64,000 bases of DNA from Patescibacteria group bacterium (GCA_041660565.1 JBAZWC010000001.1:366481-430480), one strand, 5' to 3'. Shown: positions 17,791-27,027, counted from the stretch's first letter. Notes: generated by a model not told the origin, from the letters alone. Numbers and translations: made by a program.

Positions 17791-17806
17791 AAACGAGATT
17801 CTAATT

Positions 17807-18553
17807 CTATTCCCTATCTTCCATTTTCCATTCTCTGCCAATAGGACAAATATCCACAAACTCGCACCACTTGCACGTCATCCCCGGGCTGGCCGATAGT
17901 TGTTTGTCAGCTTGAATACGAGAAACAGTATTTACGATTTCTGATTCCATCGCCGTAATATCAGCCTGATCCGGCGAGAAAGCAAAGCGATCATTTTGTT
18001 CTAAATACCAGTAGCTTACTTCTGCCGGAATTTGATCCATCGCCCGCGATACCAAAACCGCGTAAGTTAGAAGCTGCGATTTATCCACATATTCCGGATT
18101 GTAGCGACTGGTTTTATAGTCAATCAGATGCAGCCCTTTATTCTCGTCCAGATCAATTCGATCGATTCGGCCGCTCAATAAAATGTCATCGGTAATTTCG
18201 GATTGAATGTGATGCTCAAAAAAAGTTGGGGTGTTTTTGGATTGATCTTTTATCGCCACCTTAACCATTTCAATCGCACGCTGACCAAAGTTGGCTTCTT
18301 CATCACGAGATTTAAATCCGTTACGATTATTACGCCAATCTTGACGCAAAATGTCAACAGATTTTTTTATCGATATTTTTTGATAATTCGGATCAGAAAA
18401 GATAGTTTTCAATGCCCCATGCACATGCTGACCCATCGTAAATTCGGGTTTGGCTTTGGCAAATTTGTCACGCAGATTTTCCACATAGATAAACTTATAC
18501 CGCCGAGGGCACATGATGTAGTTTTTTAATTTATCATAGCTAGCTCGAAACAT
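17807..18553 (-). CDS. PD-(D/E)XK nuclease, Cas4-like / RecB-family exonuclease with a 4-Cys cluster (stand-alone, no CRISPR)
   Basis: IDRIDLDENKGLHLIDYKTSR (D…D/ExK motif). One N-terminal Cys (YIMCPRRY) plus C-terminal CKWCEFVDIC, the Cas4-type Fe-S arrangement. 11 nt downstream of xseB. Confidence 0.7.
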   Translation of the reverse strand: MFRASYDKLKNYIMCPRRYKFIYVENLRDKFAKAKPEFTMGQHVHGALKTIFSDPNYQKISIKKSVDILRQDWRNNRNGFKSRDEEANFGQRAIEMVKVAIKDQSKNTPTFFEHHIQSEITDDILLSGRIDRIDLDENKGLHLIDYKTSRYNPEYVDKSQLLTYAVLVSRAMDQIPAEVSYWYLEQNDRFAFSPDQADITAMESEIVNTVSRIQADKQLSASPGMTCKWCEFVDICPIGREWKMEDRE

Positions 18554-18564
18554 AGCACGCGCGC

Positions 18565-18801
18565 TTATTCTTCCCGATCTGAAATGTTTACATCCAGCAC
18601 CTTAAGCTCGTTTTCTACCTTCGATAGCTGTTTACGCAAACTTTTAAGCAACTCCATACCGGTCTTAAATTGACCGATCGATTTTTCCAAATCCATATTC
18701 CCCTGATCCAATTTATCTACAATTTCTTGCAGTTGTGCATATTCTTCCTCAAAACTTTTCATAATATCCCTTTCTTTACTCATGTGATTACTTTTTGTCA
18801 T
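18565..18801 (-). CDS. xseB: Exodeoxyribonuclease VII small subunit
   Basis: 78-aa helical protein, EEEYAQLQEIVDKLDQGNMDLEKSIGQFKTGMELLKSLRKQL is the XseB pattern. Confidence 0.8.
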   Translation of the reverse strand: MTKSNHMSKERDIMKSFEEEYAQLQEIVDKLDQGNMDLEKSIGQFKTGMELLKSLRKQLSKVENELKVLDVNISDREE

Positions 18802-18980
18802 TTCGACCCTGCGAGAATGTCGATTCGAGCTTGTTGGCCTCCGCTCGTAAAGCTACGGCTTGGAGAGAGAAATCTGAGAAAGAATCCCTTCAAGTCTTTT
18901 CAGGAGATTTCTCCCTCCGGGCTTACGCCCTAAGAGGGCAGGAAGCCACCCTCGACTTGAATGTCGAGGAGTCGAAATGA
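18796..18980. mobile_element. MITE-like structured element (about 185 nt) with 13-bp terminal inverted repeats TTGTCATTTCGAC/GTCGAAATGACAA, inserted between xseA and xseB
   Basis: Nested inverted repeats. Partial copies at 63021-63140 (left end) and 59205-59285 (right end). The ccctccgggcgta.gccctacgggctggagcc module also occurs at 12395-12430. Confidence 0.6.
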
Positions 18981-18992
18981 CAATTAATGGCA

Positions 18993-20174
18993 CTACTCAT
19001 TACTCACCACTTTGCTCTCCACCCTTCCATCCACAAACACCGATGTTATTTGATCTCCGGTTTTGACACTTTTGGCGGATGTTAGCACCTTGTCCCCAAT
19101 TTTGGTGATTGAATATCCTCGCTTCAAAACCTGCAGCGGATCCAAGCCTGACAATCGCACCGACATCAACCCAATTTTTTGATTCGCAGTCTGAATTTGC
19201 TGTTTGACTGCGTTCGACAATCGATGTTCTAAATCGTCCACCCGTCTTAACGGCATCACCAAACTACGATGCAAGCGATGTAATTGTTGGTCTAGCAGGC
19301 GTCCCCAATTTACTAAATTACGCTTGACTGCCGATTGCAAGTTGTTTTCAATCGAGTTAAGTTTTAGACCAAATTCATCGTAATCAATTACCGCAATCTC
19401 GGCTGCATTGGTAGGAGTAGCGGCTCGACGGTCTGCGACCATGTCGATTAAGGTAACATCTGGCTCGTGACCAACTCCGGTAATAATGGGAATTTTGCTG
19501 GCAAAAACCGCGCGCGCCACCGGCTCCGAGTTAAACGCCTGCAGATCTTCAAGCGACCCGCCTCCACGCGCCACAATAATTACGTCTACCGGATAGTTGG
19601 CGTTAAAATATTGCACCGCGTTTACAATGTCGGTAACCGCATTTTGACCTTGTACCGCCACCGGTAATAAGTTAATTTTTAGCCCACCTGCCCGATTGCT
19701 TAAAATTCGCATAATGTCTTGTAGAGCATCGCCATCTTTAGAGGTAATTAGTCCTAATTTGATCGGGAATAACGGTAGTGGTTGTTTCCATTTATCTAAA
19801 AACAGACCCTCTTTGTCTAACTTTTGTTTTAGCTGTTCAAACGCTTTTAGTAAATCACCTTCTCCCACTAATTCCAAGCTTTTGACGGTAAGTGAAAATC
19901 GGCCGCTTTTGGTCACAATTTTGGGTTGAGCTACTATTTTTACCTTCATCCCGTCTTCCAGAGCAAACGGCAGTGCAAACAACATCATAAAACAGCTGAG
20001 CATAGACTGATCATCTTTTATGTTAAAATACACGAATTTACTTTGGCTGATATTGAATCCGGACACCTCCCCTACCACAGTCAAAGTAAGCGGGTTTAAG
20101 ATATCGTTAAGCAGATCCGCGGCTTCGGTAACCGAGAAAGTTTGTTCTTGAATTATTTCGGGATAATTTGTCAT
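18993..20174 (-). CDS. xseA: Exodeoxyribonuclease VII large subunit
   Basis: OB-fold N-terminus. VARGGGSLEDLQAFNSEPVARAVFASKIPIITGVGHEPDVTLIDMVADRRAATPTNAAE is the conserved XseA catalytic core. Confidence 0.9.
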   Translation of the reverse strand: MTNYPEIIQEQTFSVTEAADLLNDILNPLTLTVVGEVSGFNISQSKFVYFNIKDDQSMLSCFMMLFALPFALEDGMKVKIVAQPKIVTKSGRFSLTVKSLELVGEGDLLKAFEQLKQKLDKEGLFLDKWKQPLPLFPIKLGLITSKDGDALQDIMRILSNRAGGLKINLLPVAVQGQNAVTDIVNAVQYFNANYPVDVIIVARGGGSLEDLQAFNSEPVARAVFASKIPIITGVGHEPDVTLIDMVADRRAATPTNAAEIAVIDYDEFGLKLNSIENNLQSAVKRNLVNWGRLLDQQLHRLHRSLVMPLRRVDDLEHRLSNAVKQQIQTANQKIGLMSVRLSGLDPLQVLKRGYSITKIGDKVLTSAKSVKTGDQITSVFVDGRVESKVVSNE

Positions 20175-20225
20175 CGCAAAGGTTAGTTTAACAGCTTTGA
20201 TTAATACTACGCAAGGATTGGATCA

Positions 20226-20307
20226 GTTGGGGAAATTAGGGAAGTTCGGGTTGTTGGGAGAGCCAATGGCCTACCAACCGCCCTAATACCCCCTAATCCC
20301 CCTAACC
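20226..20307. repeat. TTAGGG/CCCTAA-type imperfect palindrome (same family as 13898 and 14516)
   Basis: gttggggaaattagggaagttcgggttgttggg-agagccaatggcc-taccaaccgccctaataccccctaatccccctaacc. Confidence 0.6.
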
Positions 20308-20399
20308 GACTCTTCAGCATTTTCTAAGGCTTTCCCCATACTGTTAACTTGTAACCAAAACCGTCGGTAATAGTGTAGAATAGAAATGAGGGGAAAATA

Positions 20400-20969
20400 A
20401 TGGAATTAGATAAACTGGATGACAAAGCATTGGTTGCCCTAGCCCAAGAACAACATCAAGGTGCGCAACAGTTGCTTTATCGCCGATACTTTCAGCCGAT
20501 ATACGGCTATCTTGCTTCGCAACTTAGAAACACTCATAACGCAGAAGACTTGGCTCAGGAAACCTTTGTTCGTGCTTTTCAGGGATTGCATAACTATCGC
20601 GGTGAGGCAAGCTTCAAAAACTGGCTTTATAAGATTGCCAAAAATCAGCTTGCCGATTATTATCGTGATCAGCATTCCGGCGTAGTCGAGCTAGATGACG
20701 CCGCACCGCCAAGACAATTACAAAAGAATATGCTCGACGAAACCGACACCGAAGCAGCTGACAAACAAACAATGCGCCGCTTAAACAAAATGTTTTTCTA
20801 CCTACCGGCAAAATACAAAAAGGTGCTGGTGTTAAGATTTCTTAAGGGATTCTCTTTAAAAGAAACGGCTTCTGAAATGAATCTAAGCTTAGCCAATACT
20901 AAAGTAATTCAACATCGCGCCATGAAACTAGCCCGAACTAAGACGGAATTTGTCTATGAAGAAAATTAA
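20400..20969 (+). CDS. ECF-type RNA polymerase sigma-70 family factor
   Basis: Region 2 (DLAQETFVRAFQGLHNYRGEASFKNWLYKIAKNQ) and region 4 (VLVLRFLKGFSLKETASEMNLSLANTKVIQHRAMKLAR). Confidence 0.85.
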   Translation: MELDKLDDKALVALAQEQHQGAQQLLYRRYFQPIYGYLASQLRNTHNAEDLAQETFVRAFQGLHNYRGEASFKNWLYKIAKNQLADYYRDQHSGVVELDDAAPPRQLQKNMLDETDTEAADKQTMRRLNKMFFYLPAKYKKVLVLRFLKGFSLKETASEMNLSLANTKVIQHRAMKLARTKTEFVYEEN

Positions 20970-21207
20970 GTCCAAATTTACTTGCAATTCAAAATCCGTG
21001 CGCAAGATAGAGCGGTCTGTCTTAAAATTGGCCGGACACCCATCGGTTCGAAACGCCGGATTAGATTTTTATATCACCGAGCGTCAAATATTACTTCTAA
21101 TTATCTTATCCACGCTGATAATTCTATCGGTTAGCTTTGGTATTCTAACGCCATCCAGAGCGGCTGCCCCAGAATTTAGCGGAACCAATGATATCGTAAC
21201 ACGATAA
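20950..21207 (+). CDS. Possible membrane-anchored anti-sigma factor
   Basis: Overlaps the 3' end of the sigma gene by 20 nt. Single TM helix. No recognisable motif, so weak. Confidence 0.35.
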   Translation: MSMKKIKSKFTCNSKSVRKIERSVLKLAGHPSVRNAGLDFYITERQILLLIILSTLIILSVSFGILTPSRAAAPEFSGTNDIVTR

Positions 21208-21228
21208 ATATTCTCAATTTATCGTATT

Positions 21229-22119
21229 TTACCTGCCATTTAAAATGGGGGTTGCGGTTGGAGTATGCGTGACTGTAGGAGTTGGAGTGGATGTATGAGT
21301 AACCGTCGGAGTTGGGGTTTTTGTTGGGGAAGTAGCTGCCACCGGGTTAATAACTGCTTTGAAGGCCTTGATATCACCTAACGCCGCCACAGCATCGGCT
21401 CTAAACGCTTTTAAATCTGCAGTAACTGCGGCAATAGCGGTGGCAGAGGTACTAGTAGATTTAATATCAATTTTAGCCAAGTCGGTTTTTGCCAGATTTA
21501 AATTCGTATTTGCGTCAGCTACCTGTTTCTGATAATCAACTAACGTGGCGGATAAAGCGGTGGTATCAGTACCCGCAGCTTTCTGTGTAGCTATGGTGTT
21601 TTGCAGCCGAACGGTCATGGCATTGAGTAAGGCGTAAGTATTTTGTGCTCGATCAACCGCCGCCGATAAATGTAACTGAGGCATTCGCACCAAATATATA
21701 TGATAATTATCGTAAATGCTTAGTACGTTTGTTTTGGTGGTGGCCAAATCGGTCCCAGCATCAATTTGGCTTTTAAGAGTTGTTAAAGTATTAATATCAG
21801 TCTGCGCAATTTGTCTAAGCTCTGTTGATTGAGCTGCGCTTAATCCGGTTAAGTCTTTGTTTATATATCCGTTTAAAGTTGCAATGCGTTGATCAATCAG
21901 TTTATCGCCCAGAGTCTGTAATTTAGCTAATTTGTTAGCTGTATTTGCAGATTTGTACGCAGCCAGTGCCTGATCGGCCGTTGCGGACGAGGTAGCAGCC
22001 GGGGATGAAGAAGCAGTAGAGGTTGATGGTGAAAAAGTTGACGTTGTTCGCGCCGCTGTAGCGGAGGCGGTACCGATAGTCAAAATGTTTAGTAATAACA
22101 GTAAAAATATTTTTTTCAT
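21229..22119 (-). CDS. Secreted alpha-helical Ala/Thr-rich protein with C-terminal PTxT repeats
   Basis: Signal peptide MKKIFLLLLLNILTIGTASA. Coiled-coil-like composition. TPTPTVTHT repeats. Confidence 0.55.
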   Translation of the reverse strand: MKKIFLLLLLNILTIGTASATAARTTSTFSPSTSTASSSPAATSSATADQALAAYKSANTANKLAKLQTLGDKLIDQRIATLNGYINKDLTGLSAAQSTELRQIAQTDINTLTTLKSQIDAGTDLATTKTNVLSIYDNYHIYLVRMPQLHLSAAVDRAQNTYALLNAMTVRLQNTIATQKAAGTDTTALSATLVDYQKQVADANTNLNLAKTDLAKIDIKSTSTSATAIAAVTADLKAFRADAVAALGDIKAFKAVINPVAATSPTKTPTPTVTHTSTPTPTVTHTPTATPILNGR

Positions 22120-22128
22120 TCTTGCCTC

Positions 22129-22482
22129 TTATAAACTTGGCTGATTTTCGGATGGCTGCGTTCCGGCAGCTGAAATCGAGCTATCCATTGTAGTAATGCT
22201 ATTTGTTACAGATGTTGAGGCACTATCCAAATCTGTAGCAGTTACGGGTGCAGTGGAAACTGGCGTAGCGACAGCCGGAGATGCAGTTGAAGAAGCTGAA
22301 GAAGTTGAAGAAGTTGTGCTCGCAGATACGCTCGGCGCTGCAACAGGTGAATTAACTGAAATATTCGCAGATTCGCTGTTATTTTGATTGGTTAAATAAT
22401 ACGCGATAAAACCCGACCCCGCTACAATAATTAACCCCAGTACCCACCACAAAATGGCATGGCTTTTATGTTGTTCAGGCAT
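22129..22482 (-). CDS. Small membrane-anchored Ser/Thr-rich protein
   Basis: N-terminal TM (ILWWVLGLIIVAGSGFIAYYL) followed by S/T-rich low-complexity tail. Confidence 0.45.
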   Translation of the reverse strand: MPEQHKSHAILWWVLGLIIVAGSGFIAYYLTNQNNSESANISVNSPVAAPSVSASTTSSTSSASSTASPAVATPVSTAPVTATDLDSASTSVTNSITTMDSSISAAGTQPSENQPSL

Positions 22483-22647
22483 TTTTCTCCTTTGGCTTGT
22501 AACTTAATTCTATTTAAAAACACCCCTCTTGTCCATCCTCTCTCCGAGTCTATCGGCTCGTAGAGTCGGAGACCATCCCCTATCATCTATCATCTGAAAT
22601 GTTGACAACCGCCGAAACAAGTATAAATTAGAACCAAAGGTACTAAT

Positions 22648-23211
22648 TTGAATAATAAAGAAAAAATCCTACAATTTGCGGCTAGCGAGATGTCCAGATT
22701 GGGCTTTAATGCAGTATCAATGGATATGATTGTTGAAAAAACCGGCATTGCCAAAAGCAATGCTTATTATCACTATCAAAATAAAGAGGATTTAGGGATA
22801 GACGTCCTAAATTTTTGGGCAGGAATTTGGCGCGAATTTTGTGAAGTTACCATCAGCAACAAATCGCTTGAATTCGATATGAAATTTGAGCAGTTTTTTG
22901 ACCGGATAATTTTATACCAAACCAAAGCCCACTTTCCCGGCCCCCCGTTACTACAAATTGCCGGAGAAATGCAAAATGCACGCGCCAAAGAGATTTATCA
23001 AGAAACGTACCGATTTTACTATACGTCTTGTGCGAATTTTATCCTATTAGGGCAGCAAAAAGGTGTGATTAAACGTAATCTGAATGCTGAATTAGCCTCT
23101 AGTTTACTATTAAACGAGATTGGTGGGGCATTAATGGAATCGCGAATTTCGCAAAATGCCGCTCCAATTATTAAAGCTAAGCATATTATTAAGTCACTCA
23201 TTTACGCATAA
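22648..23211 (+). CDS. TetR/AcrR-family transcriptional regulator
   Basis: N-terminal HTH (FNAVSMDMIVEKTGIAKSNAYYHYQNKEDL). Promoter-like TTGACA about 22594 upstream. Confidence 0.85.
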   Translation: MNNKEKILQFAASEMSRLGFNAVSMDMIVEKTGIAKSNAYYHYQNKEDLGIDVLNFWAGIWREFCEVTISNKSLEFDMKFEQFFDRIILYQTKAHFPGPPLLQIAGEMQNARAKEIYQETYRFYYTSCANFILLGQQKGVIKRNLNAELASSLLLNEIGGALMESRISQNAAPIIKAKHIIKSLIYA

Positions 23212-23248
23212 ATATAGCCCGCCACCCTTTCGGGGCAGCGGGCCGTGT

Positions 23249-24103
23249 TCAGGTCTTGTGGTGATCCAGCCATCCGGCAACCTTGGCGAACATCTGGTAA
23301 ACCGGCAGCGCCAGATCTTCAATACGGTTGAGCATAGCGGCGTACTCGTCTTCGGTTGGAGCACGCGATCTGGCGGGATCATCGTCACTCAGTGGCATAG
23401 TTGAGGCGGCATACCATGCTTCCAGCAATGCGTTGTACCGACGGTCAACAGCCACCGCTTGCGACAGTTCCTGAGCAATATCGCAACCGCGATGCTGTTT
23501 TGCCAACTCGATCACGAATTGCCGAGAGTCATCAGGCATCTCCACGCCCTGATACTCCAATACCTTGCGCGTGAGATGCACCGGCCCCTCGACAATCTTC
23601 TGTAGCCATTCCAACCGGTCAGCACCAACGCGTGGCTTAAGCAGTCGTGAGCCGAAGATGTGCAATTTGTGCACGAGGTAGTTCCCCAAATCAGCCCTTG
23701 CCGTCGTCCCTGTCAGATTTAGGTACCGAAGGGGCGACTGGATGTGTTTGAGCAGACCGTCCGCTTGCTCTGCTCGGCGTAGGTGTTGGCAGAGTCCGTA
23801 TCCGATGGTGTGATAATGTCCACGAGCCAAGCTGAACGGGACTATGTAGATATTCAGCGGGACGTGATTCCCAGCTGCTTGGGCGATCATTCTTTTGCTC
23901 GTCTCGACCATCTCCGCGTAACAATCGTCCCGGCAGATGACCACAAACTCCACATCGCTTCGTCTGTTGATGCCGGCGGCGCGTTTTGGAAGCGTTGACC
24001 CAAACTGAATTGCCGCCACCGGCCGCATCTTGGTAATGGCGATTTTTGCGGTTCGAGCCACTGCCCGAATCTCTTCGGTAGTTGGTACCCGATGATGAAT
24101 CAA
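23249..24103 (-). CDS. Pol-beta-superfamily nucleotidyltransferase-domain protein (Lnu/ANT-like size), high-GC island gene
   Basis: FGSTLPKRAAGINRRSDVEFVV is the GS-x(n)-DxE nucleotidyltransferase motif. About 59% GC versus about 43% in flanking housekeeping genes. Confidence 0.5.
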   Translation of the reverse strand: MIHHRVPTTEEIRAVARTAKIAITKMRPVAAIQFGSTLPKRAAGINRRSDVEFVVICRDDCYAEMVETSKRMIAQAAGNHVPLNIYIVPFSLARGHYHTIGYGLCQHLRRAEQADGLLKHIQSPLRYLNLTGTTARADLGNYLVHKLHIFGSRLLKPRVGADRLEWLQKIVEGPVHLTRKVLEYQGVEMPDDSRQFVIELAKQHRGCDIAQELSQAVAVDRRYNALLEAWYAASTMPLSDDDPARSRAPTEDEYAAMLNRIEDLALPVYQMFAKVAGWLDHHKT

Positions 24104-24254
24104 GTCGTTCCACGAAAATATCTGTCCCTTTAGGGCACCTCCCCCGAGAAGTTTTGGTAAGGTTCTACCTGTTGACGCCTAAGCGTAGGACTTTTTAGCA
24201 CAAATGTCAACCCCGTTAGAAGCGAATCCACCCTTGCCTCTAACGGGGTCAATC

Positions 24255-24345
24255 ACCTTGTCATTCCGGGCTCGATTGTTCCGCTAGGGACTAACGATTC
24301 CGACCGCAAGGTAGCGAGGAGTATCCGGAATCTATGTAAAAGAAT
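24255..24345. repeat. Palindromic GTCATTCCGG…TCCGGAATCTATG repeat element (near-identical copy at 48655-48745)
   Basis: About 88% identity over about 90 nt with 48655-48745. Related units at 48600-48650, 49672-49745, 53399-53495 and 55748-55940. Confidence 0.65.
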
Positions 24346-24437
24346 AGTCAAAACCGTGCTTATTTGGGACCTGTCCCCTATTAAATATAAAAGACGCTCC
24401 GAGGTTGCCCTCGGAGCGGTGTATTCCAGATAAGTCG

Positions 24438-25511
24438 CTATGCCACAGCAACCGGTGGAATGTTGAAGTTGAGCTCGGCAACCCTAAGGTCGCTGGCTGC
24501 ATCCTCGGGAGCGGTCACGTTGATGTAGATTCCGGTGCCCAATTCGAACCCGGCGGCGATTGTCAGGCGGGGCATGATCGTCAGATGCCAATGGAAGTCG
24601 CACTCACGATCCTGGTTCACCGGAGCCGTGTGCAGCATGAAGTTGTACGGTGGATCGTTGAGGCTGGCGCCGATGCACCGCAGTATGTATTGGCAGATGC
24701 TCGCAAACGCGTTGATGGTGCCACGTTCCATCGCTGCGAACGAAGGCATATGCCTCCGCGGCATAATCCATGTCTCGTACGGGTACTTGGCCGCAAACGG
24801 GCAGAAGGCGACAAACTCTGGGTTCTGCGCCACGATGCGCTCGCCTAATTGCTCTTCCTGCTTCAGCATGTCGCAGTAGATGCAGCGATCATGGAAATCG
24901 TAGTACCGCGCAGCACCCGCAATCTTCAACATCACATTCGCCGGCACAATCGGCGTAGCGACCAATTGACAGTGCGAATGGGGTTGCGACGCTCCTCCGA
25001 TTCTCCCCTTGTTCTTGAACAATAGGATGTACTGGAAACGCTTGTCCTGTGTCAGATCAAGAACGCGATCGCGATAGGCCCAGAACACCTCCTGAGCTTG
25101 AAGGCCGGTGACGGTCGCAATAGACCGATTGTGATCGACGCTCTCGATGATGACCTCGTGTGCTCCAATGCCATTCATCTGGTCATACATCCCATAACCC
25201 GTTCTGTCCAACTCGCCCTCGATGGCCAGCGCAGGGAACTTGTTAGGCACCACGCGCGCCCACCAGCCAGGCTTGTTTGGGGCCGAGTCGGCGGAACGGT
25301 AGGCCAACACTTCCGGCGGCGTCATGTACTCATTGCCGGGGCAAAACGGGCATGCATCTTCGTGCTCCCGAAGCGGCGGTTCCGCCACGATCTTGAATTC
25401 GTCCGTCCGCTTACTGCGGCCGGTAGCTACAATGACCCACTCACGGGTCACCGGGTCTTTCCGCAATTGCGGATGCGCCGTGACTTTTGGCATTGTAACA
25501 TCCTCCCCCAT
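24438..25511 (-). CDS. galT: Galactose-1-phosphate uridylyltransferase family (HIT-like, class I GalT) protein
   Basis: Zn-binding CPFCPGNE and catalytic PHSHCQ (HxHxQ) motifs. High GC. Confidence 0.75.
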   Translation of the reverse strand: MGEDVTMPKVTAHPQLRKDPVTREWVIVATGRSKRTDEFKIVAEPPLREHEDACPFCPGNEYMTPPEVLAYRSADSAPNKPGWWARVVPNKFPALAIEGELDRTGYGMYDQMNGIGAHEVIIESVDHNRSIATVTGLQAQEVFWAYRDRVLDLTQDKRFQYILLFKNKGRIGGASQPHSHCQLVATPIVPANVMLKIAGAARYYDFHDRCIYCDMLKQEEQLGERIVAQNPEFVAFCPFAAKYPYETWIMPRRHMPSFAAMERGTINAFASICQYILRCIGASLNDPPYNFMLHTAPVNQDRECDFHWHLTIMPRLTIAAGFELGTGIYINVTAPEDAASDLRVAELNFNIPPVAVA

Positions 25512-25587
25512 GAGTTGTGTGGTACTCGGATGCCCCTACTGTATCTGTAAACAGCAAAATAAGCAATAAGAAAAACGGCCGGCCCCG

Positions 25588-25854
25588 CTAGGGAGCCGAC
25601 CGTGGTCGAGTCTCGAAGATCGCATGGCATAACACGACTAAGCCCATTACAACCTTCAACGCCAGGATCAACACTACGATCGTGATCAGGTCACAGTACG
25701 GGCTGGCCTTTCTGGCGATGTCCACGGCGCTCGTGATACCACATGTGACCACGAAGACCGTGTAGAACACCCATAGACTCGAATTCCTAGTCTTGGGGTG
25801 TATCAACGAGAAGGCAAGGAACGCAAGCGCCATCCACGTAAGCCAGAGCATCAT
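25588..25854 (-). CDS. Small multi-TM membrane protein, tandem paralogue 5 of 5
   Basis: Probable start MMLWLTWMALAF… Follows the previous paralogue closely. High GC. Confidence 0.45.
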   Translation of the reverse strand: MMLWLTWMALAFLAFSLIHPKTRNSSLWVFYTVFVVTCGITSAVDIARKASPYCDLITIVVLILALKVVMGLVVLCHAIFETRPRSAP

Positions 25855-25858
25855 CGCT

Positions 25859-26122
25859 TCACCCCTCCGTCTCGTCGCTTCTGACAAACAACGTCAGATG
25901 CACCGCAACAAATGCGGCGATCAGTAGAACGATGTACATCCATACTTCCTCGAACACTGTCTTCGTAACCCACGTCATCACCACCGACCCCGTAACAGCC
26001 AGAGCGATTGTGGCAACGCACAACACTACCCGCACCTTCCGACGAAGACGAACTACGCCTTGAGCAAGCACAAAGACCAAAACGACCATCGCCCCGACGA
26101 TCCACCACCACGCTACCAACAT
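25859..26122 (-). CDS. Small multi-TM membrane protein, tandem paralogue 4 of 5
   Basis: Probable start MLVAWWWIVGAMVV… (the track ORF extends further upstream). Start is within a few nt of the stop of the gene upstream. Confidence 0.45.
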   Translation of the reverse strand: MLVAWWWIVGAMVVLVFVLAQGVVRLRRKVRVVLCVATIALAVTGSVVMTWVTKTVFEEVWMYIVLLIAAFVAVHLTLFVRSDETEG

Positions 26123-26126
26123 CGCC

Positions 26127-26405
26127 CTAACCCTCCTTGGACGCGAGTTGCCCCCGCCCCCAGCGCGTCGTGAACTCGTACACCTCAACCAGACCGATCG
26201 CGGATACAACCAGCACGACGCACACGCCCGGACTGGTGAACTGGGACGCCACCATTACCACCGTCAGTATAATCCACTTGGTATAGTAGACGTTCATCTC
26301 CGGGGATTGCGGATCAACCTCGATGCTGGACAGATAGCGCTGGTCGTTGGCGATGATTAGCCCCAGCACTGCCAGTGATACTGCCCATATCACCCACGTT
26401 AGCAT
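26127..26405 (-). CDS. Small multi-TM membrane protein, tandem paralogue 3 of 5
   Basis: Probable start MLTWVIWAVSLAVLG…, closely following the upstream stop. Confidence 0.45.
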   Translation of the reverse strand: MLTWVIWAVSLAVLGLIIANDQRYLSSIEVDPQSPEMNVYYTKWIILTVVMVASQFTSPGVCVVLVVSAIGLVEVYEFTTRWGRGQLASKEG

Positions 26406-26749
26406 CTTTTCGCCCCTCCATTGGTCTTGTTCCGCCTGGCGGATTTCAGACCCCAGATCAGAAGCAGCCACGTAGTCGGATTATCGGCAAGGGGTTGCTC
26501 TTGGTTGACTTGGTCAAGCAGGTCATAGATTGCGATGGCTACCAACAGCGCTTCCATCGCGCAGATGGCTGCCAAAGCCACATATCCCCAACCCGCGTAA
26601 GCCCAGCGATGCGTAACCCCTATCATGCATGCCAGCCAACCAACGCCCATAATAATGCGATCGCACACTTTAACACGCTCCGGGTACGCGATCGCGAAGA
26701 TTACCACCGCTACCATAGCCAGCAGTACTACCGCTTGCCACCCGATCAT
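26399..26749 (-). CDS. Small multi-TM membrane protein, tandem paralogue 2 of 5
   Basis: Probable start MIGWQAVVLLAMVAVV… The longer track ORF 26399-26896 overlaps the upstream gene. Confidence 0.45.
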   Translation of the reverse strand: MIGWQAVVLLAMVAVVIFAIAYPERVKVCDRIIMGVGWLACMIGVTHRWAYAGWGYVALAAICAMEALLVAIAIYDLLDQVNQEQPLADNPTTWLLLIWGLKSARRNKTNGGAKRC

Positions 26750-27027
26750 GACAATCTCTCCCTCTCTGCTCGAAAGACAACCAGAAAACACCAGATGAGC
26801 AGACCCGACGCCACCGACGCCATCAAGCGGGCACACAACCACCATCTCCCGGCAAACGTCGAGGTTGGAAATGCGACGATCATCGCCAGCATCCAACCCA
26901 CCAAAACCAGCAGACGACCATCCTTGATCGTCCTAAGATCGTGACAAAACGTCAGCGGAAAACCGCTGATCAAACAGACCGCCGAAAGGACCATGGCGGC
27001 CATTACTGCCCAATGTATTATGTCCAT
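26746..27027 (-). CDS. Small multi-TM membrane protein, tandem paralogue 1 of 5
   Basis: Probable start MDIIHWAVMAAMVLSAV… The longer track ORF would run through the tmRNA promoter. Confidence 0.45.
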   Translation of the reverse strand: MDIIHWAVMAAMVLSAVCLISGFPLTFCHDLRTIKDGRLLVLVGWMLAMIVAFPTSTFAGRWWLCARLMASVASGLLIWCFLVVFRAERERLS

